A stretch of 64,000 bases of DNA from Octopus sinensis (Eukaryota). Of the stretch, positions 29,374 to 43,762 are shown one piece after another. The position numbers and the translations under genes are program-made. How positions within the stretch are numbered: the first letter of the stretch is position 1; every line of letters begins with the position of its first letter. The notes beneath the pieces were generated by a model. The model worked only from the letters and a program-made list of their open reading frames with translations, did not search any database and had not been told where the DNA came from. The stretch is taken from assembly GCF_006345805.1 (NCBI RefSeq), contig NC_042999.1, positions 103,540,001-103,604,000 of the forward strand, in the 5' to 3' direction.

Positions 29374-29640
29374 CATTAACCTCCGCCTTCGCTAAGGCGG
29401 AGCTATTGTTTTCAGTCGTTGACTTTTTTGTCCTTGGACAAGATATCTCAAGAACAGCTGGATGGATTCGGATGAAAATTTCAGGGGTGTTTGACCTCGT
29501 GACTGGCACGAAGTGATTAGATTTGGGTATCGATTCGTTACCGGGCAAGGATTCTGGATTATTTGTTATATTTATTTTACTTTGCATGAAGTATTACGAT
29601 CTTACGTTCACTTTCAAATCTTGCCCTGGTTATCTCTCTT
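29372..29640 (+). mobile_element. Non-autonomous Crypton-like element after (ATT)n
   Basis: Starts AACCTCCGCC...AAGGCGGAG.TATTGTTTTC then CTCAAGAAC.GCTGGATGGATT...GATGAAA, the pattern of widespread CryptonV-type repeats. Confidence 0.5.
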
Positions 29641-30299
29641 GAAAGCACGCTCATGGTTTCCACGTAAGTTATGGCGGCGTTGCGATGTAAGCATTCGCCA
29701 CCTCCACCAAGCCTGCTTGCCGCTTTGTCCCAGTTCAACTCCACCTGTATTTTTGGTTTGTAGGTTTATGACGAATATCTGCTGTCGCGTGTAGGACGAA
29801 TCCGGCTATCGTCTGAGTCCATTGTGAGGATAGTCCTGCCGCCTTCCTTTGGTGGTGAAGAGCAGGCTTTTTTTTTTTTACCTCGTGGCCTTAGCGAAAG
29901 AAGTTGTGTTGGACCAGGTTGAGAATGCTGAAGACATACTTTCCTCTTTGACCAAGCTCTCATAAACTTTTTCATAGAGAGAAGTTCTGAGCCCCAGCAA
30001 TCTTGTTAAAAGTGGGTGTATGTCGTAAAAATGATCCGAGTGAATGGGCCTACTCTAAGCATGCACTGTAGACAAAGTGGAAAGGGTACTTACCTTGGTG
30101 GTCAGAACTGTTGTGGACTTGTGGGATTTTCACGAGCAGTCCTTGGAAGTTGGGGAATTTTGTTGTTATATTTGATCATTGTTTTTTTTGCTTTTCATTG
30201 TTTACACGACTTTATGCAACCCCATATTGTATTTGTCCTGTGTTTTCCATAAAGCTTCTTTTTATGTAAACCCTTAGTGGCTAATAATGAAATCATTCC

Positions 30300-30729
<430 letters not shown>

Positions 30730-31303
30730 AATTATGGCTTATAAATCTGATATTCTCTTATCCTTTCTTATTACTGGTTGCCATATTCTGTTTATATCTG
30801 CATTAGGTTTGCTTAGGAAGTTGTGCTGCTTCTTTTAGTTTTCGCATTTTCCATCACTTGCCCGAACAGTCATCCTACTGTAACAAATAGCTAGACGGGA
30901 AACCAAAGGTAAAATGAGACGCTCAGGAGCTTGCATAGAAGATGCATACATCATCTACATCAATTACGATTACAGCATCATCAACAATATTAAAATGAAA
31001 ATCCATCAAACTTACAAAAATATTTTTAAAAAAAAAGTACCACTCTACTCAGAAATACCACCAACAGAAAAACATACTGTGACAGTAACACTGGCAACAC
31101 AAATGTTTACACTGAAAAACGATCTCTATCATCTGAGCAAAGAAATCAGCATTAACGCTGGTTCAAGAAACTAATATTTGAAAATAAGATTTTATGCGTT
31201 TAAGTCGTTAATCGTAAACTCTTTGAAAGTTGTGAAATATATACTTATTGGGTACTTTATAACAATTGTTAATTGCATTGTGTGTGTGTGTTTGTGTTTG
31301 TGT

Positions 31304-31357
<54 letters not shown>

Positions 31358-32304
31358 TAAATAGATATCCAACGCGAAACTCTAAGCAATGGACTGAATA
31401 AACTCTAATATATATGTATGGATAAGTTAGAGTCGTATGATTGTATAAAGGTAAATTTATTAGGCAATGTAATTACAACATCGTTCTTTATGCTTTATTT
31501 TTGTGTTTTTCCAATTTTACGGTATAATATTACATATTATAAGAAAAGTACTTTCATGCTTTCCGCAATCCTCAGATTTATATGGTAGCACAGTTATGTT
31601 TCACAATTGAATGCTTGAATTTGCCTTTTAACTACTTTCCTGTAGGGACCAGAAGGCTTTGGTTAGAGCACTAATACAGTTGGCAATTAAAAGCTTCTTA
31701 TTCATAAAACCATTTTGACCAATCAGCGAGTGGCTGAGCCGTCACAATTTTTTTGAGCGTACCAACATAGTTAACATAGACTGCGGTTTCGTAAAGGCAT
31801 TTTAGTCACAATCATCGATAAAAGACTCGGTTATATTCAGACGTGAAAGAACACTATGTATTGTAAACAGTATTCTTGTTTTAAATGAAGTTGATATTAT
31901 TGTTATGATTCCTAGGGATTTAAACAGTAATTTTTCTTCTCGAATACTTTGTCTTGAATCACTGGTGTAACATCGGTTTCATAAACTGCTGAGTTTATCA
32001 AACATGCCTGACCAAGCTGACGAGCTTCAGTGTCCCGATAGTTACAATTAGGAATGGGCATATTATAAAAATCTGATAAAGTATTGTATCTCTTGCAGCA
32101 TGAAGCTATTAGTTGTTTTTTTTTTAAATGATGTATATTAAATGACACTTACCTATTGCATCACAGTGTATAATTTGGTGATACAACTTAAGGTGGATCA
32201 GTAAACTATATATATAAATATACCTACATATACATATATACATATATATATATATATGTATGTATGTATGTATGTCACACACACACCACACACACACCAC
32301 ATAC

Positions 32305-32388
<84 letters not shown>

Positions 32389-32394
32389 TATAAT

Positions 32395-32845
32395 GTGAAA
32401 TAGAAAGATGAATAATCTTGTAGTAGATTAATCAAAAGTTTAACCGATACCTTAGTAGCAAAAATCACAGCAGTAAACAGCACGGTTGGAGGTACAACCA
32501 TATGGTGTTGCAACCGTGCGTTGGTGCGGATAATTGAAATTAAAACATTATTGGTGAATTGAAGAAATGGAGCTGAACGCAGATTGAACAGAAATCGTTT
32601 TATTTCATTCTACACACGTGTTTCGCATGGGCTCTTAGGAGCATAGTTCGATTTGTTTTTGCTCCGCCTCTGTTCTGTTTTTGTTTTTCCAACGGATTTC
32701 CTATTTTCTTCCTGAAGAGAAAGACACAATATGGTCCCATTATTCAATCGGATTTGGTAAGTTGTGCCTTTCGAAACACGTGTAGAATGAAATAAAACGA
32801 TTTTGTTCAATCTGCGTTCAGCTCCATTTCTTCAATTCACCCATA
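32395..32845. mobile_element. Non-coding fold-back PLE pLTR-like element between (TA)n tracts
   Basis: Inverted arms ~32554-32627 and 32772-32842; HHR on the + strand; flanked by (TA)n. Confidence 0.75.
32703..32793 (+). ncRNA. Type I hammerhead ribozyme motif
   Basis: ATTTTCTTC-CTGAAGA (32712-32718)-GAAAGACACAAT...GTTGTGCCTTTC (12-bp stem II, canonical G10.1-C11.1)-GAAA-CACGTGT-A-GAATGAAAT. Palindrome ACACGTGT, GUA triplet, 9-bp stem I with one mismatch. Confidence 0.88.
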
Positions 32846-32847
32846 TG

Positions 32848-32924
<77 letters not shown>

Positions 32925-33359
32925 ATTTTATTGAATTATTTTAAATTTACGCTTTCGATAGTCGAGGGCAAATATCTCCATTGCCTTAACTTAAAGTAAT
33001 TCTTTAATTTTATAGTGAGATTTACAATTCCTTTTCCTTTCCTCTAGTATTTTTTCTTCTTTTAAATAAAACAAGGTAAAAAAGAAGCCATAATTTGCGG
33101 AATTATGAGTCTAAATTGTGTCAAAGTTACAATAATAGCATTCGGCAATTATATTTAGAGAAATATTTGTTATAGCTTGAAGGGATTTTCTATTTTAAAA
33201 ATAGACCATCAGGTTGGTATTTATTGGTGTGTTGAAAGAAATAAATCTGGGATTTTAAATGCCACACTCTCAACTGGTTTCTAGCACCTACTTAAGATTT
33301 GTGTAACATACTCTCCTCATGCACACATGCAGACGCGTACACATACACACACGCACACA

Positions 33360-33412
<53 letters not shown>

Positions 33413-33637
33413 TGTGTGTGTGTGTGTGTGTGTTATAATGTATCTTAATAAATGTGTGAATATATATGTACGCATATATATATATATATATACATATACA
33501 CATGTATTTGTAAAGATGCATGTATATATAATGCACATAAGTGTGTACGTGCATATATATATATATACACACATATATGTGTGTATTGATATATTTATAT
33601 GAATGCACACAGACGTATTTACATACTAATACTGACG

Positions 33638-33669
<32 letters not shown>

Positions 33670-33712
33670 CGTGTGTCCATACACATGCATAGCTAGATAG
33701 ACAGACAGATAA

Positions 33713-33760
<48 letters not shown>

Positions 33761-33830
33761 GCAGACAGACACACAGGCAGACAGACACACAGGCAGGCAG
33801 GCAGACATACAGACAGACAGACAGACAGAC

Positions 33831-33914
<84 letters not shown>

Positions 33915-34250
33915 GTTTTCATTACTTAAATCAGATTATTGGTGAAATTAATTTATTGGAGTGTTGTTAATGATCAACTTTCGTCTTGAATTGAAAGTCA
34001 CATTGAAGATAGGTAAGAAACTTAATCGATACAACGATGTGATCAATGGTTACCTTTATTGAACCTACATTGAATTATCAGTTAATTGAATGAAATTGGT
34101 GAAGAGTTAGACATTTTTTTCTTTCTGTTGTTTGTTTGCGCGTTGTATTTTGATCGTGCAGTCATATAATCTAAGACGCTCAGCACATGACCATCTCGTC
34201 TTTTTTTTTCCTGCATAATGAATATACAGTATAATATATATATGAGTTTA

Positions 34251-34332
<82 letters not shown>

Positions 34333-35350
34333 AGAATATAAAGTAAATCTCGTACACAGAATAGGTGTGAAAATAGTCAAGAATTTCAGGTAAGTACGCT
34401 TAGAAGACGGGAAAAAGTGACCAGTAAATCGCTAGAGAATCGAATCTTGTACTTCTCGACTCCAATACTCTGTAGCGGCTTACTGGCCCCTTTTTACTGG
34501 CCCCTTTTTTTCCTTCCGTCTCCCAAAGGAATTTATCTGATTTTCTAAGGCAGTTTTCACAGCTATTCTATGTTCGTGATTTACTTTTTTAATATGTGTG
34601 TGAGAGTGTGTGTGTGTGTGTGTGTGTGTATCAGCGTGGCCTTGTGTTTAGGCTGCTGCACTCACAATCGTTAAATTGTGGGTTCGTTTCTCAGCCTGGG
34701 CAGTGCGTTGTGTTCTTGAGCAACACACTCCATATCACGTTGCTCCAGTCCCCCTTCGATCAGGGGCGGATTGTTGGCCTGCTAGCGTAACCATCGGGGT
34801 GACATCATTTCAAATCTAAAACAATGATGAAAAGCACATTGTGACCAGCGATGTGTAACATCTGATAGCCTGGTCGTTCAGTTGATCACGTAATATATAT
34901 ATATATATATATATTATATATTATATATTATATATATATATACTACTAATAATAATATAGGATGAAGTTTTTTCTCTACAGAAAAAGAACGCCATAAAAA
35001 ATGTGGCAGCATATTAAAATACCTTTACGGTTAAATTTTATAAACAACTTATAAGTAAGGGCTAAAGAAAAATATATCAATGCCAATATGCTGATAACAG
35101 ACTATTAAATCGTCAATTTCCACATATTATTTACTCGCTACAGAAAAAAAACACGAAGAACTGAAAATGGGCAAATATATATATATAATTATGCATGTAT
35201 GTATATCCTTTAAGTTCGTTTACAGAGAACGATTTTGAGTATGTATATAAAAGCTTCTATTTTATTATGCCGGATACATCCTAATGGTACCAACTAGCAA
35301 TAGCAGTTTTATGGGATTGTACCGAGCTGCTCCGATATAATGTAAGATAA

Positions 35351-35411
<61 letters not shown>

Positions 35412-36259
35412 TGGCAGAATCGTTAGCACGCGGGGCAAAATGCTTAGCGGTATTTCGTCTGCCGTTACGTTCAAATTCCTCCGAGGTCGACTTTGCCTTT
35501 CATCCTTTCGGTGTTGATTAAATAAGTACCAGTTACGCACTGGAGTCGATGTAATCGACTTAATCCCTTTGTCTGTCCTTGTCTGTCTCCTCCGTGTGTA
35601 TCCCCCTGTGGGCAATAAAGAAATAAAATAATCCATGGATGGAATTTATAAATATTTTAATGCACCGCTACACGCGTTTCCACATATGACATGTTTCTTA
35701 CGATCAAAGTCCGTATTCCTTTGATAATTACATTAAACTCCGTAGTATCCATGGACACCGGGTGGATCATATTCATGTTTTCATTTCCTCATGCAAAATG
35801 ACTTAACGTTTGATGCAGCGAACGTATAATTGAAGGTTGTTTATCAATTTTGACCAGTGAAAATGTTGATTGCGGTATGTGAGCAGTTCTGTGTGTATTT
35901 GGTGGAGAGGAGTAGGTGATCGAATGATATGCGTGGTGAAGGAATTGTAATTACAAAGGAGAGCAAGGTGTGCGTGGTGTTGTTAGACTTATTATGATAT
36001 TTATGTATGCAGATATCAGGATGGTTAGTATAGTTTGTTGGTTTGACTTTAGTCACAGTAGGCGCCTCCACAATGAATTCAGATTTAGCAGGGTCAGCAA
36101 GTACAGCTAGTCTATTGTTAAAGTTCATTGTCTAAGTTGACAAATGATGCTCTCTGAAAATGTACTTTTAATTACTTTCGATGGCAGAATGCTATAACAT
36201 ATAGCTTATAAAATAATGGTACTTTGTTTAGTTCTTTGTATGTTCTTCTATTGTTCCAT

Positions 36260-36660
36260 TATATGCTAAAGGCTGTTTGCGTTTTTCCGTTTCAACGAAT
36301 TCTACAAATGATGCCTTGTTTACATGATAGAATTACCTTGGAATGTCTATTAATTATGTTTTCACTGGATGTGATAATCTCCAGGATTTCTTCTAGGCAT
36401 ACATAGAACCCGCGATGTTCTATTGTATGGTGATGCGTTTTTTATTATAGACTGGTTGGTCGTATCCTCCACTGCATTCTGTTTTAGCCGCCAGATGAGG
36501 TTGGATAATGATGTGGAGTATCTGGTTTACATTGGAAAATAATGTTAGATGGTTACGCAGACAATTTTTCATGGCGTCTCCGGTACCACCAGTGTACACA
36601 TATTTTTGTAAACCCGTCTTCATTTCACATTTGTAAACATCATTCATTATCATGCAGTTG
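36260..36660 (-). mobile_element. Decayed PLE GIY-YIG remnant
   Basis: VYKCEMKTGLQKYVYTGGTGD...RNHLTLFSN (GIY-YIG) and a terminal KRKQPLA. Confidence 0.55.
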
Positions 36661-37885
36661 TTTTTATACTTGGGTTCATTTTTCAGTCTACAGTTACATT
36701 TTTTCCGGTTCTGTAAACAGAGTTATTACTGGTGATCACACTTGTTCTTCCTGTAACAGTGTTCTCGTTTTTCTTAGGTATGGATTGTACAACCAATTGT
36801 ATAGAACTGTTTGGACCTGTACGGACTGTAGATGTGTGTGTGTGTATAATCATGTATATATATATATATATATGTATATATAAATATATTTATGTATGTA
36901 TGTATGTGTGTAGTGTGTGTATATATGTGTGCATATGTATACATACATATGTCTATCTGGAATGTGTGTATGTATACATGAAAGAGAGAGAGAGAGAGAG
37001 AGAGAGGCAGAGAGACAGAGATTGTTCCGTCTCCACATATGCTTGTCCTCTTGTGCTTTCACGTTGTCAATGGCTTTTCTGACTTTCCATCCATGACAAA
37101 CCAAACTACTACCCCAGTTGCAGATCTGCTTGGTTTAAGCGTAGATGACAGATGAATGTTGTAAGTTACTGAGCGCTTCCCACTGGTTTAGTCAGTGTAT
37201 GTCCACCCTCTTCTATCGCCTTAGGACCTTCAGTAGGTGAGATGACAAATAAGGTCTCCAGAAAGAGACAACTGTAACATCACCGGAATATAAGAATAAA
37301 CGCTTGTACAACATGAGTGCCATTCTCTGAGTCTCTGTGATTAGTACTCAGTGACAAGACTAAGCAAGATGACCAGTAATCCCGTGAAACTGGTAGCTTT
37401 ATATCTGAGTGTTGCTCTTCAACAAGGATGCTGTGACAACAACTAGCTGTCCCTCATTCCTGCTGGTTTCATTGCGCTTCGTGGAACTAGCCAAATATAT
37501 TTCTGCGCCCTCGCGCTCAGATGGACTGTCATCACATAATCTAGTTAACCCACAGCCAGAGGGAATTCTACGGTTTTCAGGGGTGTGCAACCACCTCTTA
37601 GCCATTCAGCTCTACGCTGACACGGAGTAGTAGCCCTGTCAAATGCGTGCACACACGCACACACATATACACACATACATATACACACAAACACATACAC
37701 TCACACACATACACACATACACATACACACAAACGCACGCACAAACACATACACTCACACACATACATATATATATATATACGAGTGCATGTGCTCGTGT
37801 GTGCTCGTGAGAAAGTCTGCATTATATGTTTGTTTTATGTAATTTCCTCTCACTGGATCGTTTTCCGCTTATAAATCTATTGCAG

Positions 37886-38052
37886 GTGATTATATGATAT
37901 GTGTGAATAGAAGCAAACCTTCCATAACGGATGAACAACGCTTGTTATTAGCTTTAATGGCCGACTACGACAAGGCTACACGTCCTGTGTTTAATGCCTC
38001 GCACCCAGTGAATGTTTACTTAGGTATAACCCTCACACAGATCTTTGATGTG
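37886..38052 (+). CDS. Internal coding exon of a nicotinic acetylcholine receptor-like (Cys-loop ligand-gated ion channel) subunit, N-terminal extracellular region
   Basis: Acceptor ...atctattgcAG at 37884-37885 and donor GTAAGT at 38053; 167 bp, phase 1 to phase 0. Translates DYMICVNRSKPSITDEQRLLLALMADYDKATRPVFNASHPVNVYLGITLTQIFDV, matching the nAChR pattern E.RL...L...Y....RPV.N....V.V..G..L.QI.DV and ending at the conserved intron position before DEKNQ. Subunit identity cannot be assigned. Confidence 0.9.
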
Positions 38053-38571
38053 GTAAGTACTCTTCGAAATCTTTTTATACTTGTTTGCCTTCACAGATTT
38101 TCTCGGTTGTTTCAACTGCATTGTTATGTGTTTGTTTACATAAATCCTGTAAATATTGTATAAGATTTTACATTGACAAATCGAAGCGTATCTATTTGTT
38201 CGTGTCTTTGTACGCGCATATATGTGTGTGTTCACGTATATGTGTATTCCTCTGTTTGTGCTTGTGTGTGTTTTGAAGGCACGTAACTTTGTGGTTAGGA
38301 TGTTTGGTTCGCGATTGAAAGGTCGTGAGTTCGATTTCTGTCGGATAGTTGCTACACTGTTTCATGGTGCTCCAGTGCACTGGGCGGGGAAAAAAGAGCC
38401 AGCCTTGTCACATGTGTCTCTCGGTGAATCTTCCTCAAACACTACATTAAGGGTACGCCACTTGCACGTTAATTTCACGAGTAAGCTGTTCCGTTGAATG
38501 GATCAACTGCAACACTCGTCGTCTTAACCGACAGAGTGCCAGTTTACATATATATATATATATATATATAA

Positions 38572-39244
38572 ATTAATAATAAAATATTAGGAAATAAATC
38601 CAAACTTACAGGGAAAAATCAGATTAAGGATTGAATCCAATTTTATAGTAAAATATTATATTATATTAAATTAGAGATAAAACCACTATTAGGCAAATCA
38701 AACAATGAAAAACTTAAGCCAATACATAAAATTAATTAATTTATATTATTTTAAATATATATCAAAATTATTAAAAGTTTAATAAAAGATAATGAGTGAA
38801 ACACTACGATCGTTTCATGGCTGTCCAATTCGTAATAATTCGAGTTATGGTTACAGTCAATCTTCAGGTGATTGAAATATTTATCTTAGCGAGGTTTAGC
38901 AATGAACTCATTCTGTAACATTAAAAACATTTTGCTCAATGCAGTTACATACAGAGATTTTTTTCTTTCGAAAACCCTTTGTATTCATCTTCTTATTGTA
39001 GGATTCCATATCTTCCATTAAAAACACGCCGTGAAGAATTTATTTGCTGAGTTACTGTAACCATAACTCGAATTATTACGAATTCGACAGCCATGAAACG
39101 ATCGTAGTGTTTTACTCATTATCTTTTATTAAACTTTTAATAATTTTGATATATATTTAAAATAATATAAATCAATTAATTTTATGTATTGGCTTAAGTT
39201 TTTCATTGTTTGATTTGCCTAATAGTGGTTTTATCTCTAATTTA

Positions 39245-39252
<8 letters not shown>
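38572..39252. mobile_element. Fold-back PLE 3' end/pLTR between (TA)n tracts
   Basis: Inverted arms ~38660-38857 and 39054-39252; HHR on the - strand; minus-strand remnant NEFIAKPR resembles the GIY-YIG C-terminal FIAK.RP motif. Confidence 0.75.
38799..38873 (-). ncRNA. Type I hammerhead ribozyme motif
   Basis: Minus: AATCAC-CTGAAGA-T.TGACTGT...ACAGCCA.T-GAAA-CGATCGT-A-GTGTTT. Palindrome ACGATCGT, GUA triplet. Confidence 0.82.
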
Positions 39253-39328
<76 letters not shown>

Positions 39329-41746
39329 CTTACTTGGAAAAGGGTGCGTGTCGTTCGATCATTTAATAATATAAATAATATATAATATATGCATATATAC
39401 ATACATATATGTACATACCAACATATATATGTATATATACATGCATATGTGGGTACAGGACATAAAAAAAAAACATTGTTAAAAACAATGAGAAACGAAA
39501 ACATAAAAGCGAAAAGATAGAAAACGAACTTTTTTCGAACAACAAATAAAACAGAGAAACGAGACATGCAACATAAGGAATATTCCCCTTCATCAGCTGT
39601 CCCTATTTCCTCTACTCCGCGTTTCGAAACGCGGCAAGCTGGCAGAAACGTTTGTACGCCGGGCGAAATGCTTAGCGTTATTTCGTCATACATACATACT
39701 AAGTATGTATGTATTCTAAGTATTTTACTGTGTTCATTCATTCTTTTGTACTTTTACTGTTTTTGGTCATGTATGAGCACCATTTTTATAGGTTTTCATT
39801 GTTTATATTGATCCTAGTACTTATTTGATACTGGTGGTTTTCTGACGATCTTTATTCATGAAACGTTGTAGTAGGACAAACGTGTAGTAGAACAAACTCA
39901 AAGTCTTAAAGTTTGGAAAGTGAACTGCTTAACCATACGGTTATATGTACTATGTACTCACCAGCATATGCTGGTGTCATTTCAGTCAAATTTACACTGG
40001 CCGTGTCGCTCAGTCTATGTATTAAATAATAATTTACACAAATATCATATGCAAATTTGAATTATATGTTCCTGAAGTGATTCGAATACACTTTTACTCT
40101 TTAAAAAGAAAATATGAATATAGAAGGAATTCACTAAAGCAGTAGTAACTCAGCAAATAAATTCTTCACGGCGTGTTTTTAATGGAAGATATGGAATCCT
40201 ACAATAAGAAGATGAATACAAAGGGTTTTCGAAAGAAAAAAATCTCTGTTTGTGACTGCATTGAGCAAAATGTTTTTAATGTTACAGAAACTTGGATATC
40301 GATCAATATTTGTCAACAGATTTTTTTCAAGCTTTGAAACTTCGAGCTATCAAAGAAATTCATGCAACGTTAGTCAAGTAAGAAAACTTTAGTGTGGGAG
40401 AAATAGAAACAGAAAGAAACTTATGTTTACTCTTAAATAGTTTTACGTGCAAACGACGATAGTTTGAGTTCAACAATTTTTCTGTTCAAAAATTCACTTG
40501 AAATAAAACATGAGAGGATTTGGATCATTCATACCCAACATAACAATTCTTTTAATAATGAAAGAAAATATTTTGATTGCATCTCATAGTATTTCAGAAT
40601 ACAAAATTTACCTTACTTTTTATATTTTTACAAAAATTTTTTTACATATATAATAAAAAAATAAACAACAAAATAAAAACGACTGTATTGCTTAGAAATA
40701 TACAATAAATCCATCCATGCAAACTGATTTCATCTTTCTTCTCTATTCTATTTCGTTCGTCTCCCACATAATTCCATTAAGTTCCCGTGGTACCCTAGAT
40801 TCTGTGCAACACAGTTTCACGATCTTTTGTTTAGTTTTCTTTGTTATAATCTGCCTCACAATTCTTACCAAATAAAATCGAAACAAATCTTCATCGATCT
40901 GTATACGAGATGTTTCAGTATACAGGCGAGGATGGCAGTGATGGTGGTGGTAGTGGTGTTGGTGTTGCTGTTGATGATAATGTTGATGGTTGGAGTAGTT
41001 GTCGTCGTCATCGTAATGGTGCAGAACTAAACAAACGGTAATTATACAACTCGCGACATTAATAGACAGTATATTACTGGATGTAAGACACGGTAGCCCT
41101 GTTGTTACATTATCCTGATAATTTTCTGTATTACATTCTTTTTTTTTTGTAATATTTTTCATAATTTCCTTTTTACATAACTTTTCTAAACTTACCTTTT
41201 CAAACATAATTAGAAACATTCACATCTAATTAAAACCAGTTTCTTTTAAATGCATATCTTAGTGTTTATAAGAAATGCTTTTAATTCATTCAACTACAAA
41301 GATTTGTGCATGTTATATATCATGCTCACTTCTCTAAGATTAACTGATTCGCCAAACCTTTTGTCGTATCACGAATTCCTTATTTCCCTAACCATCAGGA
41401 AAATTGACTACTATAATGACTAATACCGTTCATTCTATTCTAACCACATACATAGTTGAAGTTAGATATAAAAGTATAGTATTTGAGGCACTAAATATAA
41501 TAGTTTCTACTATAGGCACAAAGGCTGAACTTTTTGCGGGCGGCTAGACGATTAAATTGACTCAAAGTTGTCGCCAGTGTTTACATAAATAGCGAGAATA
41601 TTACTAATTGTTGATACATACTATATTTCCCGACAGAATAATTATTACGAGTTAGTTTATTATAATGTTTCCTGCATTAAAGTATAAGTATGTGCGAGTG
41701 TGGAGTGTGTGTGTATGTGTATATAAACACATACGTACATGCATAC

Positions 41747-41844
<98 letters not shown>

Positions 41845-43762
41845 GTAGGTAGGTAGGTAGGCAGATAGATAGGTATGTACACACACATGTATGTATGTAT
41901 ATATTTATATATGTATATATACGTGTGTGTGTGTTAGTGTGTGTCATTGTATGTGTGTAATTTGCTCTTTATTCTTTCCCCCAACCATCTAAACTACTCT
42001 TGATTACTAACTATATATAAACGCTTCATTCAGATGTAAATTTTGGATTATTTGATTCCAGGTCTGAAGAATTTCTAATTGGAAATTTCTTACATGTTTA
42101 TCCAACATGTACAACTTAGTGACTTCTACTATCAAATGAAACTTGGTAATGGTAAATAAAAGATACTAAAAACTTTTCCAACTTCTTATTTTATTGTATT
42201 ATATATATATATATATATATATACATGCATATATAAACAGATATAGAAGTATATATAATTGCGTGCATGTCTATAAACAAACACACACATATGTATAACT
42301 ACACTATTATATCATATTACACATGCGCTCGCACTATCTTGCTTCCATTACACGTCCACTGAGATTAACCGACTGATAGCGCTTTTGAGTAACGAGGTCA
42401 ATATTTGTAATATAATTTCCATATAGAGATTTTTCAATGGTGTTGTGGATGGTGTTAACCTTACCAATCACATCTCTTAAAATTCCGATTCCTTTATCGC
42501 ACTTTCTTCTTTTCTTTCTTTAGTAATTCTTGAAAATTACAGTCGAAGAAATATATTGAAACTATAGAAAGTTAAACGCAAACTTATCTAGTAATTTTTC
42601 CGGTCAATGTTTTCTCTGTATCTTATTTTTACAAGTCCATTGACTAACTCAAATATTTGTCTTTAACCTCGATTATGTTGACAAAATTTACGGCTTTATG
42701 TTTATACCTTGGTGGAATTTGAACCCAGGGCGTAAAGTGACGAGAGCAAATTAAAACATGTTTATAAGACTTGTATTTTGGAAGTCTTATCCCTCTGAAA
42801 GTTCTTTTTAAAAATGTGTGATTGATTACATATGGGGAGTATTCCGTTGCTAATAATTCCATCAAATGTGAATGGTTCTTAAAGAAACTTTGTTGGTGCT
42901 GTGCCAAAGAGCAAATCTCTATATTCTCCACCTCGTTCGACCTGCTAAAAACAGCAGACAAATGTCACTCAATATGTACTTTATCATCTCAAATAAAGTA
43001 ACGTACACTCGAAATATAGTCCCTTTTTATAAAACAACAAGAGCAGGATGTCACCGCTGAAACACCTTTTATCGTGGTTTTGCACGATCATGGATTTCTT
43101 GGAAATAAAAATTAGCAACGTTATTAACACACTTTCAATACACTAAAAGAGGACAATTTGTTAGTAGAATTGGTAGTATATCGAAGAAATGTCATGTTTT
43201 AATTTGCTCTCGTCACTTTACGCCCTGGGTTCAAATTCCACCAAGGTATAAATTTTTATCTTTCAACCTTTCTCAGTCCAGAAGATAAAATGCAAGTGTT
43301 TGAATATATTTAATCGATTGACGCAATCGCTAAAATTTGTACCATTGTACCTATGTTAGAATTCAATATACATTTAAAGGTGTATGTAGATTTCATCGGT
43401 CTAAGATTACAAAATGCTTCAATATACAGGTGAGGTGTGTGGAATCAATCAATGAAAAATAATGGACCATAAGAGATCTCCTTAAGTTTCCATAGCATTT
43501 ATTCACTACTTCAAATGTAGTTAATAAGAAATTATTGAAGAAATGAGTGAAGAAAAACTGAGTGTTAAAGTATCGATATGTTAACACTATCCACTACACC
43601 TGTGAAAAAATCTCATCAGTATCTCAACTATATTTATGATGGCCCAGTTTCTCAAAACCTCTTTCAGTCAATCACAACGGGCGTGTAGTGTAAGCAAGGA
43701 CCTATGTATATGTGAGAGAATTGATATATTTATTATATGTAAAGAGGTATACATTGTACATA

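Noticed and set aside
34335-34395. Candidate micro-exon with perfect CAG|GTAAGT donor
   Set aside because: In-frame stops in the phase needed to join the receptor exon; could only be non-coding and there is no transcript evidence.
35844-36660. Possible permuted PLE (endonuclease upstream of an RT-like ORF at 35844-36128)
   Set aside because: The downstream ORF has no real RT motif, and the GIY-YIG remnant ends like a normal C-terminal domain, so the rest is better read as 3' non-coding sequence.
37886-38052. Calling the exon a chemotactile receptor
   Set aside because: It has a classical nAChR intron position and motif; one exon cannot support the narrower call.
39560-39634. CTGATGA (minus, 39590-39596) with AGG/CCT stem and the 18-bp palindrome CCGCGTTTCGAAACGCGG
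   Set aside because: No GAAA or stem III follows the core; the palindrome sits at a junction with a SINE tail. Not a complete hammerhead.
39836-39872. CTGACGA...GAAACGTT
   Set aside because: Stems I and II do not pair.
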